Source of the DNA: Betaproteobacteria bacterium
Lineage (GTDB): Bacteria; Bacillota; UBA5301; DYFA01
Length of the DNA stretch: 64,000 nt
NCBI GenBank assembly: GCA_050260635.1
Contig: JBLNCL010000030.1
Coordinates: 72,590-136,589 of the forward strand
Reading direction: 5' to 3'
The notes below the pieces were generated by a model that was not told the DNA's origin, made no database searches, and saw only the letters and a program-made list of their open reading frames with translations. The position numbers and the translations under genes were made by a program. The stretch's first letter is position 1. The number at the start of each line of letters is the position of its first letter. Positions 18,543-28,259 of this stretch are shown piece after piece.

Positions 18543-19094
18543 CTACAAGAAAAACTCCTCCATCGTTTTGTCCATCATGTCCTGAGTAATGCCGATGTAG
18601 CGGAGCGTAACCGAAGGGGCAGAGTGGTTGAACAGCTTCTGCAGTAGGGCAATGTCCTTGTTCTTCTGATAGTGGTGATACCCAAAGGTCTTACGGAGGG
18701 TATGCGTCCCGATTTCCTCCAACGCCACCTTGGTCGCTGCATCGTTGAGAATCCGATAAGCCTGCACTCTTGTTATGGGGTTCCCTCCCTTGCGACTCTG
18801 GAACAGGTATTCGTCCTCGTCCATCCCCCTGATGAACTTCTCTAACTCCCCCCGTAACTGGTCGTTGATCAAGAACCGCTTCGTCTTGCCGGTCTTCTGC
18901 TCAGTCAAGGTGATATGAGTTTTGTCTTTCACGTCCTTGACCCGAAGGTTGAGAATGTCGCTAATCCGCAGTCCCGTGTTGATTCCAACCACAAACAGCA
19001 GGTAATCTCTGTACCCCCGCTTCAAGAGTTCAACCTTCATAGCCTCGATTTTGGCCTTGTCTCGAATGGGCTGAACCTCTCTCATCCCTACCAC
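18543..19094 (-). CDS. Small tyrosine recombinase / phage-integrase-family protein (183 aa)
   Basis: C-terminal catalytic region ...HTLRKTFGYHHYQ...SVTLRYIG with conserved R, H-x-x-R and the Tyr nucleophile; short one-domain-plus-catalytic architecture. Confidence 0.65.
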   Translation of the reverse strand: MVGMREVQPIRDKAKIEAMKVELLKRGYRDYLLFVVGINTGLRISDILNLRVKDVKDKTHITLTEQKTGKTKRFLINDQLRGELEKFIRGMDEDEYLFQSRKGGNPITRVQAYRILNDAATKVALEEIGTHTLRKTFGYHHYQKNKDIALLQKLFNHSAPSVTLRYIGITQDMMDKTMEEFFL

Positions 19095-19384
19095 CCCTTC
19101 CCCATTTGGCCCGTCCCACCATCCAATGTATTACATACAGATTGCTTGGTCAATACGTTATGATTCATCTATTCCGCGCCATTCCTCTTCTTGTCTGTTT
19201 AGAATGGCGGGGGAGTGGCTCTACATCGGCCTTTCGGGGGAAAGCAGCCTAAGTAACTTAATTCCCATTGTGTTACACCCGTTCTTGGCGGCGAGCGAAG
19301 AAGGAAAATTCTTCTGTGAATAGAACTTGCTGGTCGTGGGGTCGGATAGATCTGGCACCTTCGGTCCGAAAGGGATGCTAGCAA

Positions 19385-19873
19385 ATGACCGAACTTACCG
19401 CAGAAGAACGCAATCGCATTTATGAAGAAGAGAAGGTTAGACGAGAAGCCCAGAGGCAGCTTCAAGCGGAAGAGGCTGATCAAAAGTCTCGTGATCGGAG
19501 CATGGGTTGCATTACGGTAATCGGCCTATTGATCGGCTTCTTCATACTGGTGTCCGTGCTCGGATCATCGGATTCCAAGCCTGATCCATATGCGAATCGA
19601 GACCGCGAGGCCATCGCGTACGTACAAGGGCACATAAACCCAGGTGGGGAAACCGTATTGGCCAAGATGCAGGCGACCGTAGCCCTGGCCATGGTCGCAG
19701 GGACGTTCGTCCAGGTGGAAGGATGGAGCGCTTACCAAGAATCAGGGTCGATGTATCACGTTAGCTTCTCCTTCAAAGCCGCTGATGTAGAGAACAAAGC
19801 AGAGTGGGAGGTTGACGTAGCAAACGGTCAAGTTGAACCCAAGAACCAACTCGGCTACACTTTCATGAACTGA
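19385..19873 (+). CDS. Hypothetical membrane protein (island cargo)
   Basis: N-terminal coiled/charged segment, then one TM (CITVIGLLIGFFILVSVLG) and an extracytoplasmic domain; no known motifs. Confidence 0.4.
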   Translation: MTELTAEERNRIYEEEKVRREAQRQLQAEEADQKSRDRSMGCITVIGLLIGFFILVSVLGSSDSKPDPYANRDREAIAYVQGHINPGGETVLAKMQATVALAMVAGTFVQVEGWSAYQESGSMYHVSFSFKAADVENKAEWEVDVANGQVEPKNQLGYTFMN

Positions 19874-20258
19874 CGGTAACGAGCGCCGACATTGTCGTCG
19901 CAGCCCAGGAGACCAAGTTGTCCAACGGTGCCCCAAAACTTTGTCTTAGCTCCACAACATCGTTCAGTTTGGAGATTATACATCTTCGGCATTCCGGAGT
20001 AGCAACATGCCGGCCTCCCCGATTGACTTCCAAAACTCTTCCTTGAGAGGAATGTCCCCAACGATCACCCCTGGGGACACTGACCACGGCCAAGACAACT
20101 TGACCGAATTGGGAGGGGGTGTTCTACGCAAACATTCCCTTGTGTAATCGCCAGCCGAAGTTTGAGCCACCGGTGTTGCGGCGCAGGCTCTCCCGGAACC
20201 GGTAGGACTCGCCGGTGTGCTCGATGATGTGGCAGCGGTGCGTCACCCGGTCGAGAAA

Positions 20259-20430
20259 GGCCAGGCCGTCGTCCCGCTGAAAAAGTCCTCGCACAATCTC
20301 GTCGTCTACGGTAACATGGAACTGGGCCATCGTTTCACTCCTCCCTGGTGTTGGCTGCAACTTCACCATTTTGGAGGAGTGGTGGCCCTTTCCTTCTGGG
20401 CCTGTCCCTTTTTACACCACTATACGGACG
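20259..20430. mobile_element. Truncated IS256-family left end (solo ~170-bp fragment including terminal IR and first ~35 codons of transposase)
   Basis: Near-identical (a few mismatches) to 28039-28221, including the transposase N-terminus MAQFHVTVDDEIVRGLFQRDDGLA. Similarity stops abruptly on both sides. Confidence 0.75.
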
Positions 20431-20591
20431 CTACTGGGTTCGGCCTGAGATCACGCACAGATTCGCCGACTCGGCTACTCTGATGGGCCGTGGTTTCCCC
20501 GAGAAGGAATAAGATGGCAGTCACCAGAAAGTAACAGGAGGCGTGAAACCGAATCAGTTCCGTCTCAAACTTGGGGGGTACACGGCTACCT

Positions 20592-21953
20592 ATGCGGTTC
20601 ATCGATCTCTTCGCCGGTCTGGGTGGGTTCCACCTTGGCCTTGCTCAGTTGGGCCACGAATGCGTGTTCGCCTGCGAAATCGACTCCGAACTCCGAGACC
20701 TATACAACCTCAATTTCGGGATTAGGCCAGCAGGTGACATTAGACGAATAACGCCCGACGCGATACCTCCACACGACATTCTCTGCGCCGGCTTCCCGTG
20801 CCAGCCGTTCTCCAAGGCTGGAGACCAGTCTGGCTTCGAGGACCCGAAATCGGGAGACCTGTTCTACCATATTCTCAAGGTCTTGGAGTACCACGAACCG
20901 GACTATCTTCTGCTGGAGAATGTGCCAAATTTCGAGCGACATGATAACGGCAGGACATGGGAACTAGCGAAGGCTCATTTGCGCGAACGTGGCTATGAGG
21001 TGGACTCTCGCAAACTGTCTCCCCACCGGTTTGGCATTCCGCAGATTCGTGAGAGGGTCTTCATAGTGGGCAGTAGGAACGGGCTTGACGGGTTTGTCTG
21101 GCCACGCGAAACAACCCGAGAAAGGGACGTCTCCCTCCAGACGGTACTGGATAAGAACCCCTCGGATGCCAGGCGCCTTTCCAGCCAAGTCCTAAAATGC
21201 ATTGAAGTGTGGCAGAGGTTTCTAGACCTCTTCCCCCTGGATGCCAAGCTTCCATCGTTCCCAGTTTGGTCTGCAGAGTTTGGAGCTAATTACCCGTTTG
21301 AAGACACGACACCTTACACGCTCGGGGCTGCCGGATTAAGGGGTTACAGAGGGTCTCATGGCCGAGTACTTGGCGGAACCGATGAAGACGTCTTTTCCAT
21401 GTTGCCATCGTATGCCAAGACGAATGATGAGCGATTCCCAGATTGGAAAGTTCGATTCATTCGGCAAAACCGGGAGTTCTACGGCCAGTATCGAGAACTC
21501 ATCGACCAATGGCTTCCGGAGATTCTCCCATTCCCTGCCAGCTTTCAAAAGCTTGAGTGGAACTGTCAAGGTGAAGACCGAGACCTGAGAAAGTATGTAC
21601 TCCAGTTCAGAGCATCCGGTGTGCGCGTGAAAAGACCCACTACAGCGCCATCCCTGGTGGCCATGACGGCCACTCAGGTTCCGATTATTACATGGGAGGG
21701 GCGATACATGACCCCCCGGGAGTGCGCTCGCCTTCAGTCGATGGAGGGTCTTAAACTACCGTCTAGCCCGACCAATGCCTACCGCGCCCTAGGTAACGCA
21801 GTGAACGTCAAGGTCGTCAAGCTGGTAGCCTCTGCGCTCTTTGAGAGAGCAAACGGTGACTCTGGGACCGCCAGCCGACAAGGAGGACTCTTCGGTGTAC
21901 ACCTAGACAACTCCACCGAAGCCGTAATGGCCGGGAACAGGCGCGCCTCTTGA
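20592..21953 (+). CDS. dcm: DNA (cytosine-5)-methyltransferase
   Basis: Motif I FAGLGGF, motif IV FPCQPFS, motif VI ENV (LLLENVPNF), motif VIII QIRERVF, motif X GNAVNVKVV. The ATG (MRFIDLF) is 21 nt into the track ORF. Confidence 0.9.
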   Translation: MRFIDLFAGLGGFHLGLAQLGHECVFACEIDSELRDLYNLNFGIRPAGDIRRITPDAIPPHDILCAGFPCQPFSKAGDQSGFEDPKSGDLFYHILKVLEYHEPDYLLLENVPNFERHDNGRTWELAKAHLRERGYEVDSRKLSPHRFGIPQIRERVFIVGSRNGLDGFVWPRETTRERDVSLQTVLDKNPSDARRLSSQVLKCIEVWQRFLDLFPLDAKLPSFPVWSAEFGANYPFEDTTPYTLGAAGLRGYRGSHGRVLGGTDEDVFSMLPSYAKTNDERFPDWKVRFIRQNREFYGQYRELIDQWLPEILPFPASFQKLEWNCQGEDRDLRKYVLQFRASGVRVKRPTTAPSLVAMTATQVPIITWEGRYMTPRECARLQSMEGLKLPSSPTNAYRALGNAVNVKVVKLVASALFERANGDSGTASRQGGLFGVHLDNSTEAVMAGNRRAS

Positions 21954-22002
21954 CAAGGAGGAGAGGACCACGGCTCTCAGCAAGATAAGCATTCGCCCAG
22001 GT

Positions 22003-23505
22003 GTGAGCATGCTTTCTGTGCTCAGCCACTTGAATTACAAGCCATGGTACGCTTTGGCAGAGTTCGTAGATAACTCTCTCCAGAGCTATCTCGACTACCA
22101 TGAGGAACTCGCCGCGGTGGAAGGCCCAGGTTTCACCCTCAGGGTGTCGATAGAAATCGACCAAACCGATGAAGGACGAATCATCATTAGGGACAACGCT
22201 GCGGGTATCCACGAAAAAGACTATCCTAGGGCTTTTCGGCCTGCACAGCTACCCCCAGAACGGAGTGGTCTGTCCGAATTTGGAATGGGAATGAAGAGCG
22301 CGGCCTGTTGGTTCTCCGACAGGTGGAGTGTTCGCACGTCGGCTTTGGGAGAACCAGTAGAGCGCGAGGTCGCGTTCGACATTGACCGAATCGTGGCTGA
22401 TGAGTTGGAAGAGTTGTCCGTCCGGGAAAGCCCAGCAAACGCAAACACTCACTTTACCGAAATCATCTTGCGAGACCTCCACCGCCCGTTGCACACCAAG
22501 ACCCTCAGCAAGATTAAGGAGCATCTGGCAAGCATCTATAGGATCTTCTTGAGACGAGGCGTTCTCGAACTTGTCTTCAACGGGGAACGACTTACCTATT
22601 CGGACCCACCGGTTCTGCACGCACCCTATTTCCGGGACGAAGGTGGGGAACCCATTGTCTGGCGTAAAACAATAGAGTGGGACTTCGGAGATGGAATGGA
22701 GGTACACGGTTTCGCGGCCCTCAGAGAGACTGCTAGTACAACCCATGCGGGTTTCGCCCTGTTTCGCCGCGGACGACTGATTCAGGGCAGCGCCGATGAA
22801 GCGTATCGTCCCGAGTACATTTTTGAGAAGCCCAACAGTTTCGTCTATCAACGACTGTTCGGAGAACTACATCTAGAGGGGTTCGAGGTAAGCCATACCA
22901 AGGATGGCTTCGTGTGGAAGGAACACGAGGGTCTATTCTTGGAGTTACTCAAAGAGTACCTTAACCAGGAACCACTGCCATTGTTGAGCCAAGCCAAGGG
23001 ATACCGAGTTCGGCCCAGGAAGCGAGACATGCAGGAAGGGGCGGAACAGGCGGTTCGTCAGACGGCACTGGTAGTTGAGACCCATGTACCACAAGTGCTT
23101 GCCCCTCAATTGGAATCCCAACCCGACAGCCAGCCGCCGCCCCCGGCTTTACCCGAAGTCGGCGACACAATTGGTCGTGAAATCGTAGTGGATCTGAACG
23201 GCGTTCAGTGGAGAATTCAATTGGAGTTGACTACCGACCCAGCTGTGAGCGATTGGCTTACGGTGAGTTACTGGAACCAGAGGGCCGAAACGCGTACCGG
23301 AAGTATTGGTGTGCGGGTCTGTTTGGCTCATCCCTTCATGGACAGGTTTAGCGGCGTGGACTCGGAACAGATTGAACCCATTCTCCGAATAGCTGTTGCT
23401 ATCGCACTTGGGGAAGCCGCTGCCAGAGCCAGTGGGGTTCGATACGCAGGAACTATTCGCCGAAACATCAACGACCTTCTCCGAAATGCGCTTTCGAAGC
23501 CATAG
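22003..23505 (+). CDS. GHKL-superfamily ATPase (MORC/MutL-like, HATPase_c_3-type) associated with restriction systems
   Basis: Bergerat-fold motifs: N-box EFVDNSLQS, G1 IRDNAAGI, G2 SEFGMGMKSA. 500 aa. Lies between dcm and the Z1 gene with 49- and 39-nt gaps. Confidence 0.7.
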   Translation: MSMLSVLSHLNYKPWYALAEFVDNSLQSYLDYHEELAAVEGPGFTLRVSIEIDQTDEGRIIIRDNAAGIHEKDYPRAFRPAQLPPERSGLSEFGMGMKSAACWFSDRWSVRTSALGEPVEREVAFDIDRIVADELEELSVRESPANANTHFTEIILRDLHRPLHTKTLSKIKEHLASIYRIFLRRGVLELVFNGERLTYSDPPVLHAPYFRDEGGEPIVWRKTIEWDFGDGMEVHGFAALRETASTTHAGFALFRRGRLIQGSADEAYRPEYIFEKPNSFVYQRLFGELHLEGFEVSHTKDGFVWKEHEGLFLELLKEYLNQEPLPLLSQAKGYRVRPRKRDMQEGAEQAVRQTALVVETHVPQVLAPQLESQPDSQPPPPALPEVGDTIGREIVVDLNGVQWRIQLELTTDPAVSDWLTVSYWNQRAETRTGSIGVRVCLAHPFMDRFSGVDSEQIEPILRIAVAIALGEAAARASGVRYAGTIRRNINDLLRNALSKP

Positions 23506-23544
23506 CCGGCATCTGCTTGTAGGGACATCCGAGGAGGGATTCAC

Positions 23545-25776
23545 ATGGCCATGGACGCTGGACATCTTCCGACCGGCGCATGCCAGGAGACCGAGATTGT
23601 CGAAGTGTTGCCGCAGGCGCTTGCGACTGTCGGGGGCAGTTGGATTCCCATCGTAGGACCGGAGACGGCCGCGCTGTTGAGGTCAGTTCCCGCAGAGAGC
23701 CGGGATACTGTCTTGCGGGAAGCAGTTGCTGTTCTGGCTAGGTGCATTTCGCCACGTGAAGAAAGCGGACGCGAGACGGGCCTCGTCGTTGGCTATGTAC
23801 AAAGTGGCAAGACCATGTCCTTCACCACGGTCTCTGCACTGGCTCGGGACAACGGTTATCAAATGGTGATAGTGATCACCGGTACGTCAATCAACTTGTT
23901 TCGGCAATCCAACGACCGACTTCAATCCGATCTGCATCTTGTCCGCAGGGGTAGCGGGTGGAGGTCATTTCGGAGTGACCGACTCAACGATAGTGCCCGC
24001 CAAAGTATCCAAAGCGCTCTGGCCAGGTGGCGGGACGACACCGTGCGCCCGGACGAGCGCCAGACTGTGTTCATCACAGTTATGAAGCAGCGAACCCACT
24101 TGGATAGGCTCATCCGACTACTTCGCGCCCTCGACCTGCGGAATGTCCCTGCTCTCATCATTGACGATGAGGCCGACCAAGCCAGCCTCAACAATCTTGT
24201 TCGTAAGGGGGACCAAAGCGCTACCTACAGGAGACTAGTCGCGCTGAGAGACCTCTTTCCCCTTCACACGTATCTGCAGTACACGGCGACTCCGCAAGCC
24301 CCACTGTTGATTAACATCATCGACGCCCTGTCACCGGGTTTCGCTCAGGTGTTGACTCCGGGACCAGCCTACACCGGCGGTATTACGTTCTTTGAGCAGA
24401 ACCTTCAACTGGTTCGAGTAATACCGGAACAGGACGTTCCTACAGATGAGTTATCGCTTCTCGAACCGCCCGAGACCTTGCTCCAGGCCATGCGCACCTT
24501 CTTCTTGGGGGTGGCTGCAGACATCGTTGCCCCTGAGCAACACAATCGTTCCATGATGGTCCATCCATCTAAGGCGACCACCCAGCATCAAGACTATTGT
24601 CACTGGGTGAATTCCATCAAGGCCGAATGGCAGCGTACGTTAGAGTTGCCGGCCGACGACCCCGACCGTAATGACCTGGTCCAAGACTTCCAGGCTGCAT
24701 ACGATGACCTTGCCAAGACAGTGGGCTACGGACTGGCGCCATTCGACGAACTGATGGCCGTTCTTCACCGTGCGATACGGGAGACCGTTGTCACCGAAGT
24801 CAACGCCCGGCAAACCATAACCCCTGAAATCGACTGGGAACGGGACAATTATCACATTTTGGTTGGGGGGCAAGCGCTTGACCGCGGGTATACAGTGGAG
24901 GGACTGACCGTGACCTATATGCCCCGAGGAAGGGGGGTTGGGAATGCAGACACAATTCAACAAAGAGCTCGCTGGTTCGGATACAAGGCTGAGTACTTGG
25001 GTTACTGCCGGGTTTATCTAGCACCGGAGACATTGGAAGCATACAGAGGCTACGTACAGCACGAGGAGGATATCCGGCGGAGGCTTCGCGAGCACACGGG
25101 TTCACTCCGCGAATGGAGACGGGCGTTCTTCCTGTCGCCCAACTTGAGCCCGACCAGGAATAGCGTCCTTAATCTGGACTACATGCGCGGCAACTTCACG
25201 AACCGATGGTTCGAAGTGCGCTCTCCTCACGTCTCTGATGAAGCTATCCAAGAGAACAGGACGTTGGTGCAAGCCTTTCGCAACCGCCACCAGTTCGTTC
25301 CTGACGAAGGTGACTTGCGACGCCTGCCGACGCATCATCACATTGTGGCCACAAATATACCCCTCGGTGAGGTGCTGCAGCAACTACTGATTCCTTTCCG
25401 AGTGACCCATCCAAACGATTCAAACCGCATGTTGGGGTTTCTCTTGCAGGTCCAACGGTACCATGAGTTCAATCCGCGAGCTACCTGCACTGTCTATATT
25501 ATGTCACCCAACGTTCCCCGGGAGCGGGGCGTGGACGAAAATGGCGAGATCGCGCAACTGTTCCAGGGACCACATCCAGACAAAAATGGCGAAATCTATC
25601 CCGGAGACCGTGGAGTAAGAGCTCCAGAGGGCTTGACGGTCCAAATCCATCTACTCCAGACTGTCCATGACCGCGGCAATCAGGCTTTGGCCCACGACGT
25701 TCCCGTTCTTGCCGCGTGGGTCCCGGAAGAAATGTCGGCCGATTGGGTTACCCAGAACCAGGGCGGGGCGAGATAG
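23545..25776 (+). CDS. Z1-domain protein (SF2-helicase-like ATPase found next to C5-methyltransferases)
   Basis: Walker A GYVQSGKT and DEAD-like Walker B LIIDDEADQ in the N-terminal half; 743 aa. Gene context dcm + GHKL ATPase + Z1 is the characteristic association described for the Z1 family. Confidence 0.65.
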   Translation: MAMDAGHLPTGACQETEIVEVLPQALATVGGSWIPIVGPETAALLRSVPAESRDTVLREAVAVLARCISPREESGRETGLVVGYVQSGKTMSFTTVSALARDNGYQMVIVITGTSINLFRQSNDRLQSDLHLVRRGSGWRSFRSDRLNDSARQSIQSALARWRDDTVRPDERQTVFITVMKQRTHLDRLIRLLRALDLRNVPALIIDDEADQASLNNLVRKGDQSATYRRLVALRDLFPLHTYLQYTATPQAPLLINIIDALSPGFAQVLTPGPAYTGGITFFEQNLQLVRVIPEQDVPTDELSLLEPPETLLQAMRTFFLGVAADIVAPEQHNRSMMVHPSKATTQHQDYCHWVNSIKAEWQRTLELPADDPDRNDLVQDFQAAYDDLAKTVGYGLAPFDELMAVLHRAIRETVVTEVNARQTITPEIDWERDNYHILVGGQALDRGYTVEGLTVTYMPRGRGVGNADTIQQRARWFGYKAEYLGYCRVYLAPETLEAYRGYVQHEEDIRRRLREHTGSLREWRRAFFLSPNLSPTRNSVLNLDYMRGNFTNRWFEVRSPHVSDEAIQENRTLVQAFRNRHQFVPDEGDLRRLPTHHHIVATNIPLGEVLQQLLIPFRVTHPNDSNRMLGFLLQVQRYHEFNPRATCTVYIMSPNVPRERGVDENGEIAQLFQGPHPDKNGEIYPGDRGVRAPEGLTVQIHLLQTVHDRGNQALAHDVPVLAAWVPEEMSADWVTQNQGGAR

Positions 25777-25778
25777 CG

Positions 25779-26798
25779 ATGCCAGATCTTGTTCCCATCT
25801 TTGATGCACTACAGGTGCCGTTGGGAACTGGCCCTGTACAGTACTCAGCTCAACCCATTCCTGGCGTAAGGCGCCACAGGGTAGCTAAGGATAAAAGCGG
25901 GTTCCCCGCGCTGCTTCTGAGCGTGACAAGCTCCACCCCGAGTCCCGTTCCGAATCCAGTCATCTTGAAGCACCTGGTCGTACAACATGATGTGCAGTGC
26001 AGGATATCGTTTAGAGATGGCCACTCGACGGAAGAGACTTTCACTGTGGTTCGCTGCGCTGGTTCGGACAGGGTCTTGCACGTCTATTTTCTGAATGTAA
26101 TGGCTTCGATACTGACTCTTCTCGGGGACAGTCCCTCTCGTTCAGATGTAACGGCCGCGGTGAACAGGCTAGTTGAGTTGTTTCAAGCATTAACCGAGGA
26201 GCCCAGGAAGTCCTTGCAGGGTCTTTGGGCTGAGTTGTTCTTGGTGGCAAATGGTTCGGACCCAACTACGCTGATCCAGGCCTGGCATGTAAACCCTGCT
26301 GACCGCTACGATTTCGCCTTGGGTGACCAAAGAATTGAGGTCAAGAGCGCAAGCAGACGTCTCCGACAGCACCACTTTTCGTTGGAGCAGCTTTCGCCGC
26401 CCCCGGGGTCGCGGGTCGTCGTAGCGTCGGTGTTCACAGAGCCAATGGGAGGAGGGGTGTCAGTTATGGACCTTCTCACCCAGATACACAGAAGAATAGC
26501 AGGGAATGCGAACGCGGCACTAGCGGTTGACAGAATTGTCGGAGCGACTCTTGGAAATGGTCTAGAGAGGGGCAATGAGGAGAAATTCGACTTCGAACTC
26601 GCTGAAAGCTCATTGCAGTTCTTTGACGTTCGAAGTATTCCGCGGATTGACTTGGTGGACGTTCCCCCTGGCGTCAGTGAAGTTCGGTTCAAGGCAGACC
26701 TCTCCAACGTCGCTCCGGTCAACGAAGCAGCGCTACACGCCATGGGGACATTATTCCAGGCTTCGTGCCCCCACGTTGCAACCCGAGGCACCCCATAG
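25779..26798 (+). CDS. Putative PD-(D/E)XK-family restriction endonuclease component
   Basis: Candidate catalytic core DRYDFALGDQRIEVKS (D ... E-x-K). Starts 2 nt after the Z1 stop, indicating translational coupling; 339 aa. Confidence 0.45.
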   Translation: MPDLVPIFDALQVPLGTGPVQYSAQPIPGVRRHRVAKDKSGFPALLLSVTSSTPSPVPNPVILKHLVVQHDVQCRISFRDGHSTEETFTVVRCAGSDRVLHVYFLNVMASILTLLGDSPSRSDVTAAVNRLVELFQALTEEPRKSLQGLWAELFLVANGSDPTTLIQAWHVNPADRYDFALGDQRIEVKSASRRLRQHHFSLEQLSPPPGSRVVVASVFTEPMGGGVSVMDLLTQIHRRIAGNANAALAVDRIVGATLGNGLERGNEEKFDFELAESSLQFFDVRSIPRIDLVDVPPGVSEVRFKADLSNVAPVNEAALHAMGTLFQASCPHVATRGTP

Positions 26799-26899
26799 CA
26801 CTCTGGGGTCAGAGGCCGTCGGCTTGGACGCAGATGGCTGCTGGGCCTCCCATGTTTGGTTCGCAGGACGGCAACTCCTTGAGAGAAGGGGGCACAGCA

Positions 26900-28221
26900 C
26901 ATTCAATGGTCAAGTCCAGAATGTGGTGTAAAAGGCTCCTCCAGGGGTGTTCGGGTCAGCTAGGCGGCAGCTTCCCCCTTCTGGCACTGGTCTGAGGTTG
27001 TGGCGTTCTCCTGCACTCGCTTCCACTCCCAGTAGGCGTCCATGTTCAGGTACCGGCGCTCGGTCGTCCAGGCCTCGTGCTGTTCGAGCAGGACCGCCCC
27101 CAGAAGCCGCAGCGCTGACTCCTCGTTCGGAAAGATTCGGATCACCCGCTCCCTCCGGCGGATCTCCTCGTTCAGACGCTCCAGCCCGTTAGTCGTCCGC
27201 AGCCGCTTGCGATAAGGCTCGGGCAGCATCATCACCGCCATGGCATCCTCAAACCCGCTCTCCAGCCGTTCCATCGCCCGGGGAGCTCGCTCTTGGAAGT
27301 CTGCTAGGACATCCGCTAAAAGTTTTCGGGCAGTCTTCAGGTCTGGCGCATCGAACACCAGCCGGAGTCTCCGGTGCAGTTCGCCCTGGAGCGCCTTGGG
27401 ACAGACCTCCAAGACGTTCCGGAGCAAATGCGTCTGGCACCTCTGCCACGTCGCCCCCTGGAAGCGCACCTCGATCGCCTTCACCAGCCCCCGGTGATCG
27501 TCTGAGACCACAAGCTCCACGTCTTTCAGCCCACGCCGTTTGAGCCAGGCGAAGAACTCCGACCAGCTGTCAAAGGACTCGCTGTCTCCCAACATCAGCC
27601 CAATCACTTCACGATACCCGTCCTGATTGATCGCCATGGCCACCAGAGCGCTCATAGAGCGGACTGCTCCGCCTTTACGCACCTTGAGCACCAGCCCATC
27701 GACGATCAGGAACGGATACCGGCTCTCGCCCAGACTCCGTTCATTCCACTCCCCGACGACCTCGTCGAGCCTCCGGCAGAGTTCAGACACGGTCGACTTG
27801 GAGAACTCCGTCCCGCACAACTTCTCCGTGATCTTCCAGACCTTGCGGGTGGAGACGCCGTTGATCACCATCTCCATCATCGCCACCAGCAACGCCTGCT
27901 CACTGCGCTGGTAACGAGTTCGTGCTCTCGGTGCCCATTCCGATAACCCTGCCGCTCTGGCGTGCGCTCGTAAGGCACAGCCTTGAGTTGCTCGGCTACC
28001 TGCGCTTCAAGCACCTGATTCAGAACGCACTCTGCGAGTTTGGCCAGACCGTCGTCCCGCTGAAAAAGTCCTCGCACAATTTCGTCGTCTACAGTAACAT
28101 GGAAGTGGGCCATCGTTTCACTCCTCCCTGGTGTTGGCTGCAACTTCACCATTTTGGAGGAGTGGTGGCCCTTTCCTTCTGGGCCTGTCCCTTTTTACAC
28201 CACTATACGGACGCTACTAAT
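26900..28221. mobile_element. IS256-family insertion sequence (~1.3 kb) with imperfect terminal inverted repeats
   Basis: IRL (revcomp of ...TTTTTACACCACTATACGGACGCTACT at 28195-28221) matches IRR GGTCAAGTCCAGAATGTGGTGTAAAAGG at ~26905-26932. The internal transposase has IS256/mutator-type motifs. Confidence 0.8.
26960..28152 (-). pseudogene. IS256-family (mutator-type) transposase, disrupted by frameshift and an apparent ~80-nt internal deletion
   Basis: N-terminal ORF (27877-28152) ends ...PYERTPERQGYRNGHRE. C-terminal ORF (26960-27892), in another frame, resumes ...YQRSEQALLVAMMEMVINGVSTRKV. The segment normally lying between these motifs (about 30 aa) is missing. Confidence 0.7.
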
Positions 28222-28259
28222 GCAAACTCCTCTCCCGACACTAGAGCTACGACCCTTGG

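Noticed and set aside
18408-19962. Short 12-13-nt repeat TAGCTCCACAACA at ~18411 and ~19951
   Set aside because: Only two copies of a short word in AT-rich DNA; cannot distinguish from chance without genome-wide frequencies.
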